DNA of 64,000 bases from an uncultured Verrucomicrobiae bacterium (GTDB lineage Bacteria; Verrucomicrobiota; Verrucomicrobiia; Chthoniobacterales; UBA10450). The stretch is from NCBI GenBank assembly GCA_963798305.1, contig CAWCST010000004.1, positions 21,425 through 85,424 of the forward strand. Reading direction: 5' to 3'. Under the pieces are notes generated by a model. It was not told where the DNA came from, ran no database searches, and saw only the letters and a program-made list of their open reading frames with translations. The first letter of the stretch is position 1. Each line of letters opens with the position of its first letter. Shown here one piece after another: positions 46,590 to 55,475 of the stretch. A program made the position numbers and the translations under genes.

Positions 46590-47192
46590 TCAATCAACTT
46601 TGTACACGCGGCCGGTTTGCGCCCCCAAGATAGCGCGTTTGTAGGCTTGTCCAACTTTCCATCCTTCGACCGGAATCATGCCGATGAAGAACTGGGCAAA
46701 TTGAGATTCGGATTCTTTTAGCATCGTGGGACTCACCACATTGATACGCAATCCCTTAGGAAGCTCAATTGCGGCAGCCCGAACAAAAGCTTCCAACGCG
46801 CCCGAGACAGTTGAAGCCGCGACGCCGGCAAAGATCGGTTCGTCATTGAGAATGCCCGAAACCAAAGTGAAGGATCCTTTTTCTTTGATGAACGGGATCG
46901 CCTCCTGAACCAGATTGATTTGACCCATGAGTTTGCTTCCCAACGAAAACTGCCACTTTTCAGCGGTGAGTTCCGAAAGCGGAGCAAATGCGACTTCGCC
47001 TGCTGCAATGGCCACGGCATCAAACGAGCCGACGGCTTGATAAAGCTTCCTGAAACTTTCGCGGTTCTCGATCTCGACTTGAAAATCGCCAGATTTGTGA
47101 CCGACCTTGACTATCTCATGGCCAGCACCCGCCAATGCCTTTTGAACCAGTTCCCCGATCTTTCCGTTTGCGCCAATTAAAATAATTTTCAT
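46590..47192 (-). CDS. short-chain dehydrogenase/reductase (small, atypical SDR)
   Basis: MKIILIGANGKIGELV.. Rossmann start. Intact. The upstream Met at 47231 is less likely. Confidence 0.75.
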   Translation of the reverse strand: MKIILIGANGKIGELVQKALAGAGHEIVKVGHKSGDFQVEIENRESFRKLYQAVGSFDAVAIAAGEVAFAPLSELTAEKWQFSLGSKLMGQINLVQEAIPFIKEKGSFTLVSGILNDEPIFAGVAASTVSGALEAFVRAAAIELPKGLRINVVSPTMLKESESQFAQFFIGMIPVEGWKVGQAYKRAILGAQTGRVYKVD

Positions 47193-47259
47193 AAAAACTC
47201 CATTCTGCCTGCTTAGGGCTTGTTGTGTCATTCGATCACTTCGTTACTCCGATTGCATG

Positions 47260-47275
47260 TCAGTTAACTAACTCA
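47260..47275. promoter_or_regulatory. candidate TetR operator, copy 1 (upstream of SDR 46590..47192)
   Basis: GTCAGTTAACTAACTC contains the palindrome AGTTAACT. An identical 16-mer lies at 49613..49628, next to the TetR start. Confidence 0.5.
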
Positions 47276-47366
47276 CTAACGCGATGCGCATTTTACGATG
47301 CTCCCTTTCAGGCTTTGCCGTGTGAGCCTGCGGGTTCAGGCCGCCTGGCGTCTCACAAGCTTCGAA

Positions 47367-48146
47367 TTAATCGTGTGTTCTGAACATACGATCGACCGAT
47401 CGGCTCATTTGTTTCAAAATAAATCCAGGCGCCACGCGACTCATCATTTTGAGTTGATTCGCCTGACCTGGACGAATTTCAAATCGATCGGTTTGCATTC
47501 CTTTGACAGCGACTTTGACCATGTCTTCCACCTTCATGATAGAAGCGCCTTTCATGTCTTCAGCATCAAAGTCACCCAAGAGTTCGGTTTGTGTCGCAGG
47601 CGGTGCCAGGTCAAATACCTTCACTTTGGTGTTTTTCAGTTGCACACGAAGAGACTCGGTGAACGAATGCAGACCGGCCTTGGTGGCGCAATAAACCGGT
47701 GAAATGGGCAATGGAACAAATGCCAAACTCGATGAAACGTTCATGATTGCCGCCTCTGATTTTGTTTTCAAATGCGGCAAGAATTGTTTCACCATGCGAA
47801 TCGGCCCGCTCAAATTGATTTCAATCTCTCGAGTGATGTCTTCGAGGTTGCCAGCTTTGTCGTGAACATTGATCTTACGCATGATGCCGGCGTTGTTGAT
47901 CAAAATGTTGAGCTCGGGAAATTGTTTGGTGACCTCTTCGTAAAGAGTGGCGATCGCTTCCGGATCGGAAACGTCGCTTTGAAAGGTGTGAATTTTTGGA
48001 AAGGCCGCTTTCGCACGGTCCATCTTAGCCTGATCGCGGCCCGTGATAAGAACCGTGTTACCAAGTGCCGCGAGTTGTTTGGTGAGTTCGTAACCGATGC
48101 CGCTGGCACCGCCGGTGATCAAAATCGTATTGCTTGTGAGTTTCAT
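47367..48146 (-). CDS. SDR family oxidoreductase (DltE-like)
   Basis: ILITGGASGIGYEL, NNAG, and the YCATKAGLHSF catalytic YxxxK. Intact. Confidence 0.85.
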   Translation of the reverse strand: MKLTSNTILITGGASGIGYELTKQLAALGNTVLITGRDQAKMDRAKAAFPKIHTFQSDVSDPEAIATLYEEVTKQFPELNILINNAGIMRKINVHDKAGNLEDITREIEINLSGPIRMVKQFLPHLKTKSEAAIMNVSSSLAFVPLPISPVYCATKAGLHSFTESLRVQLKNTKVKVFDLAPPATQTELLGDFDAEDMKGASIMKVEDMVKVAVKGMQTDRFEIRPGQANQLKMMSRVAPGFILKQMSRSVDRMFRTHD

Positions 48147-48162
48147 AATTGCTTGCTCATTC

Positions 48163-48990
48163 TCAGGCCTCCGCCCGAGCGATTGCCGGCGCGGGCGTGC
48201 TCGCGAGCGCTTTACCAATCATGTCCGCCTCCATCTTCCGCGCAAGAGAAGCGGGCACGAGGGCGTTCATGATCCGGTTCAGCCGGCCCGGAACTATTCT
48301 GGACCGGTTTTCCCGCAGCGCGTTAAGGCCCTCGGATACGCACTGCTCCACGCTCAACGGCTTCATCGGCATGGTCCGCGGGTCGAATCCGAACTTTTCG
48401 AGCACCTCTGTGTTCGTAATCCCGACTGCCAGTACAGTGACGTAGACACCTAGAGGTTTGAACTCATAGTGAAGCGCCTCGCCAAGGCTGTGTACATACG
48501 CCTTCGCGCCTCCGTCATTCGCTATACGGGGAATACCGTTTTCCGCACCCATTGCCCCCACGAGGATCAAGCCGCCCCGCCTCCGCTTGGCGAGTTTCGC
48601 GCCGAAATGGTGACTGATGTCCAAATGCGCCATCGTATTGAGCCGCAAAGTCGCCTGAAGCAACAGCCGATCGAGCTTCAGGAACTCGCCCGGATTTGCG
48701 GTGCCGGCATTGGAGACGACAAGCCCGATGTCGATATCGTGCGTAGCGTCGGCGAGTCCCGCTATGAATCCCTCTTGTGAGAGGTCCATAGCCAAGGCGC
48801 GGTGCTGAACATCAAACTCCTGTGAGATGGCGCGTCCCAGTTCGGCAAGCAATGCGTCTCGCCTGGCCACCAGCACTACGTTGATCCCCGACGCTGCGAT
48901 TTGCCGCGCGAACTCCTTACCGATTCCCGACGAAGCGCCCGTGACGAGTGCCCAGGGTCCGAACTGTCCTTTATCAAGCGTTGCTTTCAT
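48163..48990 (-). CDS. SDR family oxidoreductase
   Basis: ALVTGASSGIGKEFA, SNAG. Intact. Confidence 0.8.
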   Translation of the reverse strand: MKATLDKGQFGPWALVTGASSGIGKEFARQIAASGINVVLVARRDALLAELGRAISQEFDVQHRALAMDLSQEGFIAGLADATHDIDIGLVVSNAGTANPGEFLKLDRLLLQATLRLNTMAHLDISHHFGAKLAKRRRGGLILVGAMGAENGIPRIANDGGAKAYVHSLGEALHYEFKPLGVYVTVLAVGITNTEVLEKFGFDPRTMPMKPLSVEQCVSEGLNALRENRSRIVPGRLNRIMNALVPASLARKMEADMIGKALASTPAPAIARAEA

Positions 48991-49037
48991 CGTTTCGTTC
49001 CTTCTGTCGATTGCACCTGTTGCTCGATTGTTCGGTC

Positions 49038-49607
49038 TCACAGCGTGCCGATCCAATCTTTCAGGCGTTTTACCTCCATCACCACCAAGTCGGGGTCATT
49101 AGCGGCGTGTGCCACCGCAGCAATACCCTGAAAAGCACAGAAGAGATGCGCGGAAAGTTCTCGTGCATCCTCTTCATGGCCGGCCGCGCGGAATTGCTCC
49201 TCGAGCCAACCCATTGGCTCGGTGAAGAGTGCCGCGGATTTCTTTGCGAGAGCGCCGCCCTCCTTGTGCAACTCGGAACACAAGCCACCCAGCGGACATC
49301 CCCCACGCGCAAGCTGCTCCCGGTTCCCATGAACGGTTTCCACAAAAGCAAACAGCCGCTCCTTCGGAGAACTCAACCGGTCCATCTCCTCCCGCAATTC
49401 TCGAAATTGCGCCAAGCGCCGCTCCACAACGGCCTCGCCAAGTTCTTCCTTGGTCTTAAAGTAGTAGTAAACGTTCCCTACCGGAACATGGGCGGCTTCG
49501 GCGATGTCCGCCAGGCTCGTCTCTCTGAAACCGTTCCGATACGCCAGCTTCATGGCGGTCTCAATCAGCCGTGTCCGTTTGTCTGGTTGTGGTTTATCCT
49601 TGCCCAT
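49038..49607 (-). CDS. TetR/AcrR family transcriptional regulator
   Basis: RLIETAMKLAYRNGFRETSLADIAEAAHVPVGNVYYYFKTKEEL. Intact, 189 aa. Confidence 0.9.
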   Translation of the reverse strand: MGKDKPQPDKRTRLIETAMKLAYRNGFRETSLADIAEAAHVPVGNVYYYFKTKEELGEAVVERRLAQFRELREEMDRLSSPKERLFAFVETVHGNREQLARGGCPLGGLCSELHKEGGALAKKSAALFTEPMGWLEEQFRAAGHEEDARELSAHLFCAFQGIAAVAHAANDPDLVVMEVKRLKDWIGTL

Positions 49608-49612
49608 TTTGA

Positions 49613-49628
49613 GTCAGTTAACTAACTC
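49613..49628. promoter_or_regulatory. candidate TetR operator, copy 2 (6 nt upstream of the TetR start codon)
   Basis: Exact repeat of GTCAGTTAACTAACTC. Confidence 0.5.
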
Positions 49629-49787
49629 TAAGCTCGTTTCCCCCGTGTTGTCAATCCCCACCGCGTGCCAATTTGTGCCTGACGCGCATCATGCCGCCTT
49701 CGTCGATACGCTTGGCCCGGAGCCAGATCGCTCTCTCGTCATGCTCCAGAGCATTTGGGGATGCCGCAGCCGGCTAAAGAAAAGCCG

Positions 49788-49823
49788 CAAATGACAAAAA
49801 GGTACCGGACCCCGTAGGCTCCG
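49788..49823. repeat. dispersed short repeat, copy C
   Basis: Identical 36 nt to copy B, followed by GGATTCTTGTATTAC. Confidence 0.8.
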
Positions 49824-49939
49824 GGATTCTTGTATTACATTAATTATTTATTCGACGACTATCCTTATCAACCTCACACAAACTCGACTCTCGTTAGGCC
49901 AATTTGGGTTCAAGGCCTAGCATCTGATTCATCCACAAA

Positions 49940-50410
49940 CTAACGTTTCGGCCACGCACGCAGTGCGATATCCGCAACTCGCCGTAGTTGATCCTGATTA
50001 GCTCCATCGGCTCCATGGACGGCCATTCCGTGCAGCACCGTCATCACATAACTGGATAGTTCGGCTGGGTCGGCGTTTGGCGGAAGATCGCCTTCCCGCT
50101 TTGCTCGCTGAAGGCGGCGACGTAACGCAGCTTTGGCTGCGGCGCGGCGCGCGCCTATTTCCTTCCGAACAGATCCGGCCGCATCTCCGCACGCCAGCGC
50201 ACCCTGGACCACAAGGCATCCTGCTGGAGTCCGCGGGTCACTCGCCATGTTGGCCGGCGCCGAGGAAAATTTGTTCGATAACATCCCGCGCCTTCCGCGC
50301 CGCCAGAGCTTTCTGAAAATAAGCGAGCGGTCCGTTCATGTACCGATCAAGAACTTTGCGGAAGAGCTGCTCCTTGTTCCCGAAAGCTGCATAAAGACTC
50401 GGCCAATTGC
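49940..50410 (-). pseudogene. TetR family regulator fragment (N-terminal HTH lost, one frame break at ~50285)
   Basis: ORF 49940..50284 is a TetR C-terminal ligand domain. Upstream in another frame reads ..PSLYAAFGNKEQLFRKVLDRY.., the end of a TetR HTH. There is no start and no helix 1-2. Confidence 0.65.
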
Positions 50411-50415
50411 CCGAT

Positions 50416-51405
50416 CTAATCCGCGCTCGCGCCCGTGATGAGGACGACCGTGTCCTCCAATGTCGCTCGTCCCGCTCGCTCCATTCTATCTGCTACTTTC
50501 ACTCTTCTTTCCTTTTGGAAACACGAGCGACCAACTCGTCCAATCTCGAAAGCAAAAGCTTTAGGATAGGAGACTTGTTCGACTTTTTTGTACCCGAAGA
50601 CCAGATCGACAGTCGGCGTCTTTCCCTTGAGCGGACGACTCGTTACAGACCGAGTGAGAAAGTTCTGTGCGTAAGCAGGTAACAGCCCGACGCCGCGCGT
50701 CGACGCTATTACGGTCATTCCCATGACGACGTGGTCAATCTCGTGAGCTGGCGTGAGATGAAATCCGGACCGCTTCAGGTAATTGTCGATGACCCCACGC
50801 AGGACGGGAGCCGAGTGCGCAACGGTCACGAATGTCTCGCCGACTAGATCCGCCGGACTGATGGATTTGAGCGCAGCGAGACGATGGTCACTGGGCAAGA
50901 CCACTACCAAGGGCTCCTTGACGAGAGGACGGAACGCCAACTCCGGAAATCCTTTTTCCCGTCGAAGAAAAGCTGCATCAACGGTTCCCTTCACAAGAGC
51001 ATTCGCGAGCGGTGGCGAGTATTGACTCGATATCATCACGTCGATGTTCGGCAGTTCATCGCGCAAAATGCGAAAAGCTTCCGGCATCCACGTCAATTCG
51101 TGGTTCGTCAGAAAGCCCAGGACAAAGCATGGCTTGGCGGGATGAGCGACCCCGCGGGCGGCTCCGGTTGCCGCTTCAACCTGCGCTAGCGCCACGCGGG
51201 CGTGATCGAGAAAGGCTCGACCCGCTGGCGTCAGTTCGATGCCGCGAGCGCCGCGCGTCAGGAGTTGAGCGCCCACCTCGGCCTCAAGATCTCGAATCTG
51301 CCGGCTCAACGAGGGTTGCGACGTGTGCAGTTTTCGCGCTGCGGCCACCGTCAGACTTCCGGCGTCGGCGACTGCGACGAAGTAACGGAGATGTCGTAGT
51401 TCCAT
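50416..51405 (-). CDS. LysR family transcriptional regulator (C-terminal ~30 aa run through a junk repeat and may not be native)
   Basis: MELRHLRYFVAVADAGSLTVAAARKLHTSQPSLSRQIRDLE plus a substrate-binding domain. An alternative upstream Met is at 51429. Confidence 0.85.
   Translation of the reverse strand: MELRHLRYFVAVADAGSLTVAAARKLHTSQPSLSRQIRDLEAEVGAQLLTRGARGIELTPAGRAFLDHARVALAQVEAATGAARGVAHPAKPCFVLGFLTNHELTWMPEAFRILRDELPNIDVMISSQYSPPLANALVKGTVDAAFLRREKGFPELAFRPLVKEPLVVVLPSDHRLAALKSISPADLVGETFVTVAHSAPVLRGVIDNYLKRSGFHLTPAHEIDHVVMGMTVIASTRGVGLLPAYAQNFLTRSVTSRPLKGKTPTVDLVFGYKKVEQVSYPKAFAFEIGRVGRSCFQKERRVKVADRMERAGRATLEDTVVLITGASAD
50460..50486. repeat. 27-nt short repeat (second copy of 27133..27159)
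   Basis: ATGTCGCTCGTCCCGCTCGCTCCATTC is exact at both sites. Here it lies inside the 3' end of the LysR ORF. Confidence 0.8.
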
Positions 51406-51410
51406 TCCGT

Positions 51411-51433
51411 GCCCATGCCTGTGAGGCATGGGC
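51411..51433. promoter_or_regulatory. perfect 10-bp-arm palindrome in the LysR/SDR divergent region (candidate LysR box)
   Basis: GCCCATGCCT-GTG-AGGCATGGGC. It contains a T-N11-A-type core (TGCCTGTGAGGCA). Confidence 0.4.
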
Positions 51434-51487
51434 GCAGAGCAAACAAAGCATTATTCAGCGGCGCCACAAGAGGCCGACCTTTACGAT

Positions 51488-52264
51488 ATGAAAACAACAA
51501 GCAGAGAACTCGAAGGGAAGATTGCCCCAGTTGTTTTAATTACAGGCGCACTGACAGGAATCGGTCGCGCCGCCGCAGAAATCTTTGCGCGCGAAGGGGC
51601 ACATATTGTTGTCTCCGGTCGTCATGATAAAGAAGGACAAGAGTTAGCTGCAGAGCTACAAGCGCTCGGAGCAGAGGCCATTTTTGTCCGGGCCGATGTC
51701 CGCAAGGAAGAGGACGTGCGCGACCTTGTGGACCAAACGGTCAAGCGTTTCGGCCGCCTGGATATTGCAGTCAATAATGCCGGGACCGAAGGATTGAAGG
51801 GTCTCGTAACCGAACAGACCGCAGAGAGCTACGCGGCTACCTTTGATACCAACGTACTTGGCGTGCTGTTAAGCATGAAGCACGAACTGCGGGTGATGCT
51901 GCCACAGGGAAGCGGGAGCATCGTCAACGTCTCATCGGCCTATGGAAGCGTCGGCGCTGCCGGCGCATCCGTTTATGTTGCCAGCAAACATGCGGTGGAA
52001 GGACTGACAAAGTCCGCTGCCTTGGAAGTCGCGGGGACCGGTGTGCGCGTAAATGTGGTGGCTCCGGGCACTACGGATACGGGCATGCTGACGCGGTTCA
52101 CCAACACAGATGAAAACAAGGCTGCCCTCGTCTCGACCGTGCCCGTCAAACGTCTCGCAACGCCGGAGGAGATCGCTCATGTGATCGTCTTTGTAGCCTC
52201 CGCAAACGCCTCATACATGACCGGTGCGTCCATCCCAGTTGATGGAGGAATGCTGGCTGACTAA
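51488..52264 (+). CDS. SDR family oxidoreductase (FabG-like)
   Basis: VLITGALTGIGRAAA, NNAG, YVASKHAVEGLTKS. Intact. Divergent from LysR. Confidence 0.85.
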   Translation: MKTTSRELEGKIAPVVLITGALTGIGRAAAEIFAREGAHIVVSGRHDKEGQELAAELQALGAEAIFVRADVRKEEDVRDLVDQTVKRFGRLDIAVNNAGTEGLKGLVTEQTAESYAATFDTNVLGVLLSMKHELRVMLPQGSGSIVNVSSAYGSVGAAGASVYVASKHAVEGLTKSAALEVAGTGVRVNVVAPGTTDTGMLTRFTNTDENKAALVSTVPVKRLATPEEIAHVIVFVASANASYMTGASIPVDGGMLAD

Positions 52265-52304
52265 ACCCTCCGATTTGCCTGGTTCCGTGAAAGACTCAAA
52301 TACT

Positions 52305-52769
52305 ATGAAAACTCAATCAAAAACTCCCACCATGGCTAACGTGGTGACGAAACACAGTATCTCTTCTGAGCTAGCGCAGAAAATGGTTGATGAAGCGGTG
52401 GCGAAAGCCAGAGAACTTGGCGTTACCGAGAACGTGGCGATTCTCGATGACGGCGGCAATCTCAAGGCCTTTAGCCGGATGGACGGGGCCTCGATCCCTA
52501 CCATCGAGATTGCGCAGAACAAGGCTTACACAGCGCTGTTCGGCGTTTCCACGCAGGAATTGTTCAACTTTATTCAGGGCGACCCGTCGCTTTTGGCCGG
52601 CATGCCGACGCTTCCGCGTATGGCGGCGTGGGGTGGAGGGTTTCCCATTAAGGTGAACGGAGAAATTGTCGGGGCGATCGGGTTGAGCGGGGCGCCCACG
52701 GTACAGAACGACGTCGATTGCGCGATGGCAGCCTTGGCGCTCATATCCGAGGCGGTGCCGGCTGACTAA
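52305..52769 (+). CDS. GlcG/HbpS-like heme-binding protein (DUF336)
   Basis: AILDDGGNLKAFSRMDGA, IAQNKAYTA, GGFPIKVNGEIVGAIGLSGA. Confidence 0.8.
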   Translation: MKTQSKTPTMANVVTKHSISSELAQKMVDEAVAKARELGVTENVAILDDGGNLKAFSRMDGASIPTIEIAQNKAYTALFGVSTQELFNFIQGDPSLLAGMPTLPRMAAWGGGFPIKVNGEIVGAIGLSGAPTVQNDVDCAMAALALISEAVPAD

Positions 52770-52800
52770 TTCCAGGACTACCACCACAAGGAGATTTATT

Positions 52801-53652
52801 ATGAGTAACTACACACACCAGACCGCGCCGACACAGTTCGTAGAGGCTAACGGAATCCATTTCGCCTATCGCCGCTTCGGCAAGACCGGAGGAGTGCCGC
52901 TCGTCTTTAGCCAGCACTACATCGGCACCATGGATTATTGGGACCCAACGGTGACGGATGGCTTGGCTCGCGACCGGGAGGTGATCTTGTTCAACAACGC
53001 GGGCGTCTCCAGCAGCTCCGGCGAGGTCGCGACGACGTTCGAGCGGATGGGAGCTGACGCCATCGCCTTCATCAAGGCGCTGGGCCTGAAGCAAGTTGAC
53101 CTATTTGGCTTCTCGATCGGCGGCATGGTCGTGCAGGAAATCACTTTGCAGGCGCCCGATCTCGTTCGCAGGTTGATCGTCGATGGCGCAGGTCCGCGCG
53201 GCGGTCAGGGAATGGAGTTGATAGTCCAGGCTACAGGGCGGCTCTTTGGTGCCCACCCCCACGATCCGCCCGAGAGTGTCTGGCTCGCGGTCAAATTCAG
53301 TCCGTCCGCGGCGGGCCAGGCGGCGGGACGGGAGTTCCTGAAGCGCACGCATCGTCGGCAAGAGGGCCGCGATCCCGAAGTGAACGACAGGGTGTCGCCC
53401 GCCCAGGTCGAAGCGATTGGCAAGTGGGGCGTCCAGCAAAAGGGGTCCTACGACTATCTGAAGACGATCAAGCAGCCAACACTCGTCGTGAACGGCAGTA
53501 ACGACGTGAACATACCCACGGTGAACTCTTTCATCATGCAGCAGAACATGCCGTATGCGCAGCTGATCATCTACCCCGACTCCAATCACGGCGCGCACCA
53601 CCAATACCCAGAGCTGTTTGTTGAGCATGTCACGCAGTTCCTGAAGGGCTGA
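52801..53652 (+). CDS. alpha/beta hydrolase
   Basis: Nucleophile elbow GFSIGG, and a C-terminal PDSNHGAHHQYPE. Intact, 283 aa. Confidence 0.85.
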   Translation: MSNYTHQTAPTQFVEANGIHFAYRRFGKTGGVPLVFSQHYIGTMDYWDPTVTDGLARDREVILFNNAGVSSSSGEVATTFERMGADAIAFIKALGLKQVDLFGFSIGGMVVQEITLQAPDLVRRLIVDGAGPRGGQGMELIVQATGRLFGAHPHDPPESVWLAVKFSPSAAGQAAGREFLKRTHRRQEGRDPEVNDRVSPAQVEAIGKWGVQQKGSYDYLKTIKQPTLVVNGSNDVNIPTVNSFIMQQNMPYAQLIIYPDSNHGAHHQYPELFVEHVTQFLKG

Positions 53653-53672
53653 GCGGAAAAAAAACCAAGAAC

Positions 53673-53740
53673 ATGAAAACAAAGCAGATCGAAATTCCAG
53701 GTCCAGATCACCCGATTTCCATCCAGCGCAATCCCGCACG
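53673..53740 (+). pseudogene. 5' fragment duplicate of the DUF427 gene
   Basis: MKTKQIEIPGPDHPISIQRNPAR compared with MKTKQIKLPGPDHPISIQPNPAR at 54639. About 67 nt are roughly 88% identical, including 4 nt before the ATG. The sequence then diverges. Confidence 0.7.
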
Positions 53741-53820
53741 CTTCGCGCCGCAGCCGACTGACGTATGGGCGTTAAACATGACAGAGAACTCTAGCTCACC
53801 CGAATTGAGAGCTACGTAAG

Positions 53821-54591
53821 ATGGCTACACTTCAAGGCAAGACTGCTTTGGTGACGGGCGCGTCGCGGGGAATTGGGCGCGCCATCGCGTCCGCGCTTGC
53901 TGAGGCCGGCGCTCATGTCCTGGTTCATTACGGCCGCTCCAGGCAGGAAGCAGAATCTCTCGTCGCGTGCTTCCACTCAAAAGGGGGACGCGCGGATGCG
54001 ATCGGGGCGGATTTGCTAGCTCCAGATGGCGCAACACTACTGGCGAAACAGGTGCGCTCAATCCTCGTCGGCAATCGGTTGGATGTGCTTGTGCTGAACG
54101 CCGGAATCACCAAGGCGGCACGCATCGCGGATTACACGGTAGAGGATTTTGACAATCTCTTTGCGATAAACGTCCGAAGCCCGTTCTTCCTGGTGCAGCA
54201 GCTGTTGCCAGTTCTTGTTGAGGGCTCAAACATCATTGCTATCTCTTCCGCTCAAGCCCGTACGGTGGCGGGCAAGCCCGGTTTGGAAAATCCTTCGATT
54301 CTCGCTTACGCCTCTACCAAAGGAGCAATCGAGACTTTGGTTAAGAATTGGGCCGCCATTCTCGGGCCGCGCGGCATACGCGTAAATGCTGTCGCACCAG
54401 GAGTAATTGACACGGATATGTCGAATTTTACGAAGACAGAAGCGGGTCGCGAGGTCGCGCTCGGAATGCAGGCATTGAAGCGAATCGGCAAACCGGAAGA
54501 TGTTGCGGATGTAGTTGCGTTCCTGGCGTCCGATGCGGCGCGTTGGATTACAGGTGCGAGTATTCCAGTCGATGGCGGGTCGAAGCTTTAA
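53821..54591 (+). CDS. SDR family oxidoreductase
   Basis: ALVTGASRGIGRAIA, NAG, YASTKGAIETL. Intact. Confidence 0.85.
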   Translation: MATLQGKTALVTGASRGIGRAIASALAEAGAHVLVHYGRSRQEAESLVACFHSKGGRADAIGADLLAPDGATLLAKQVRSILVGNRLDVLVLNAGITKAARIADYTVEDFDNLFAINVRSPFFLVQQLLPVLVEGSNIIAISSAQARTVAGKPGLENPSILAYASTKGAIETLVKNWAAILGPRGIRVNAVAPGVIDTDMSNFTKTEAGREVALGMQALKRIGKPEDVADVVAFLASDAARWITGASIPVDGGSKL

Positions 54592-54638
54592 CGCGGGCGC
54601 GCGAACGACTGAATAAGCGCAAAAGGGGGAGCCTGAAC

Positions 54639-55022
54639 ATGAAAACAAAGCAGATCAAACTTCCAGGTCCGGATCATCCGATTTCCATCCAGCCCAATCC
54701 GGCTCGCGTTGTCGTATCCGTCGCGGGCCGTGTGGTTGCCGATACCCGCAACGCCCTGACGCTCCGCGAAGCGTCGTATCCGCCCGTTCAATACATTCCA
54801 AGTGAGGACGTGGATTTTTCCCAGTTGGAACGGTCGGATCACGCAACTTACTGTCCTTATAAAGGCGACTGCAGTTATTACCACATTCCTGCTGGAGGAA
54901 AGAAGTCCGTCAATGCGGTGTGGTCGTATGAGGATCCGTTTCCTGTCGTAGAGCAGATCAGAGAGCACGTCGCGTTCTATCCCGATCGCGTCGATGAGAT
55001 AGCAGAGCAACCCGCAATGTGA
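54639..55022 (+). CDS. DUF427 domain protein
   Basis: VVVSVAGRVVADTRNALTLREASYPPVQYIP...YCPYKGDCSYY...AVWSYEDP...VAFYPDRV. Confidence 0.8.
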   Translation: MKTKQIKLPGPDHPISIQPNPARVVVSVAGRVVADTRNALTLREASYPPVQYIPSEDVDFSQLERSDHATYCPYKGDCSYYHIPAGGKKSVNAVWSYEDPFPVVEQIREHVAFYPDRVDEIAEQPAM

Positions 55023-55054
55023 AGAATCAGCAACAGACTAAGAGGACAAATTCA

Positions 55055-55457
55055 ATGAACCCAACCCAACAAGAAACAAATAAGGCACTCGTTCTTGAGG
55101 CTTTTGACACCCTTTTCAACAAACGTGACTACGCAGCGGCTGAGCGCTATTGGTCGCCCAACTACATACAGCACAGCGATCACATCGCCCCCGGACGTGA
55201 AGGTCTGTTTGATTTAATCAAGAGCATGCCGTCGGAGTTCAAGTATGAACCGGGCATGATTGTGGCCGAGAAAGACTTGGTGATCGGTACACGGGCGATT
55301 TTCCGGCTTTGGCCAGCCCGTGAACTGGATTGCAGCGGACATCCTTCGCATCAACGACGGCCTTCTGGTCGAGCACTGGGATGTCATCCAGGACGAAAAG
55401 ACACGCGCGCAGTCCAAGAGCGGCCTTCCTATGTTCGGCGACAAGTTTCGTGAGTGA
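55055..55457 (+). CDS. SnoaL-like / NTF2-fold protein; one frame break at ~55290
   Basis: NKALVLEAFDTLFNKRDYAAAERYWSPNYIQHS. After the frame change it reads ..NWIAADILRINDGLLVEHWDVIQDE..-stop at 55457. Confidence 0.7.
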
Positions 55458-55475
55458 GCACGCGGATTTGAACCG

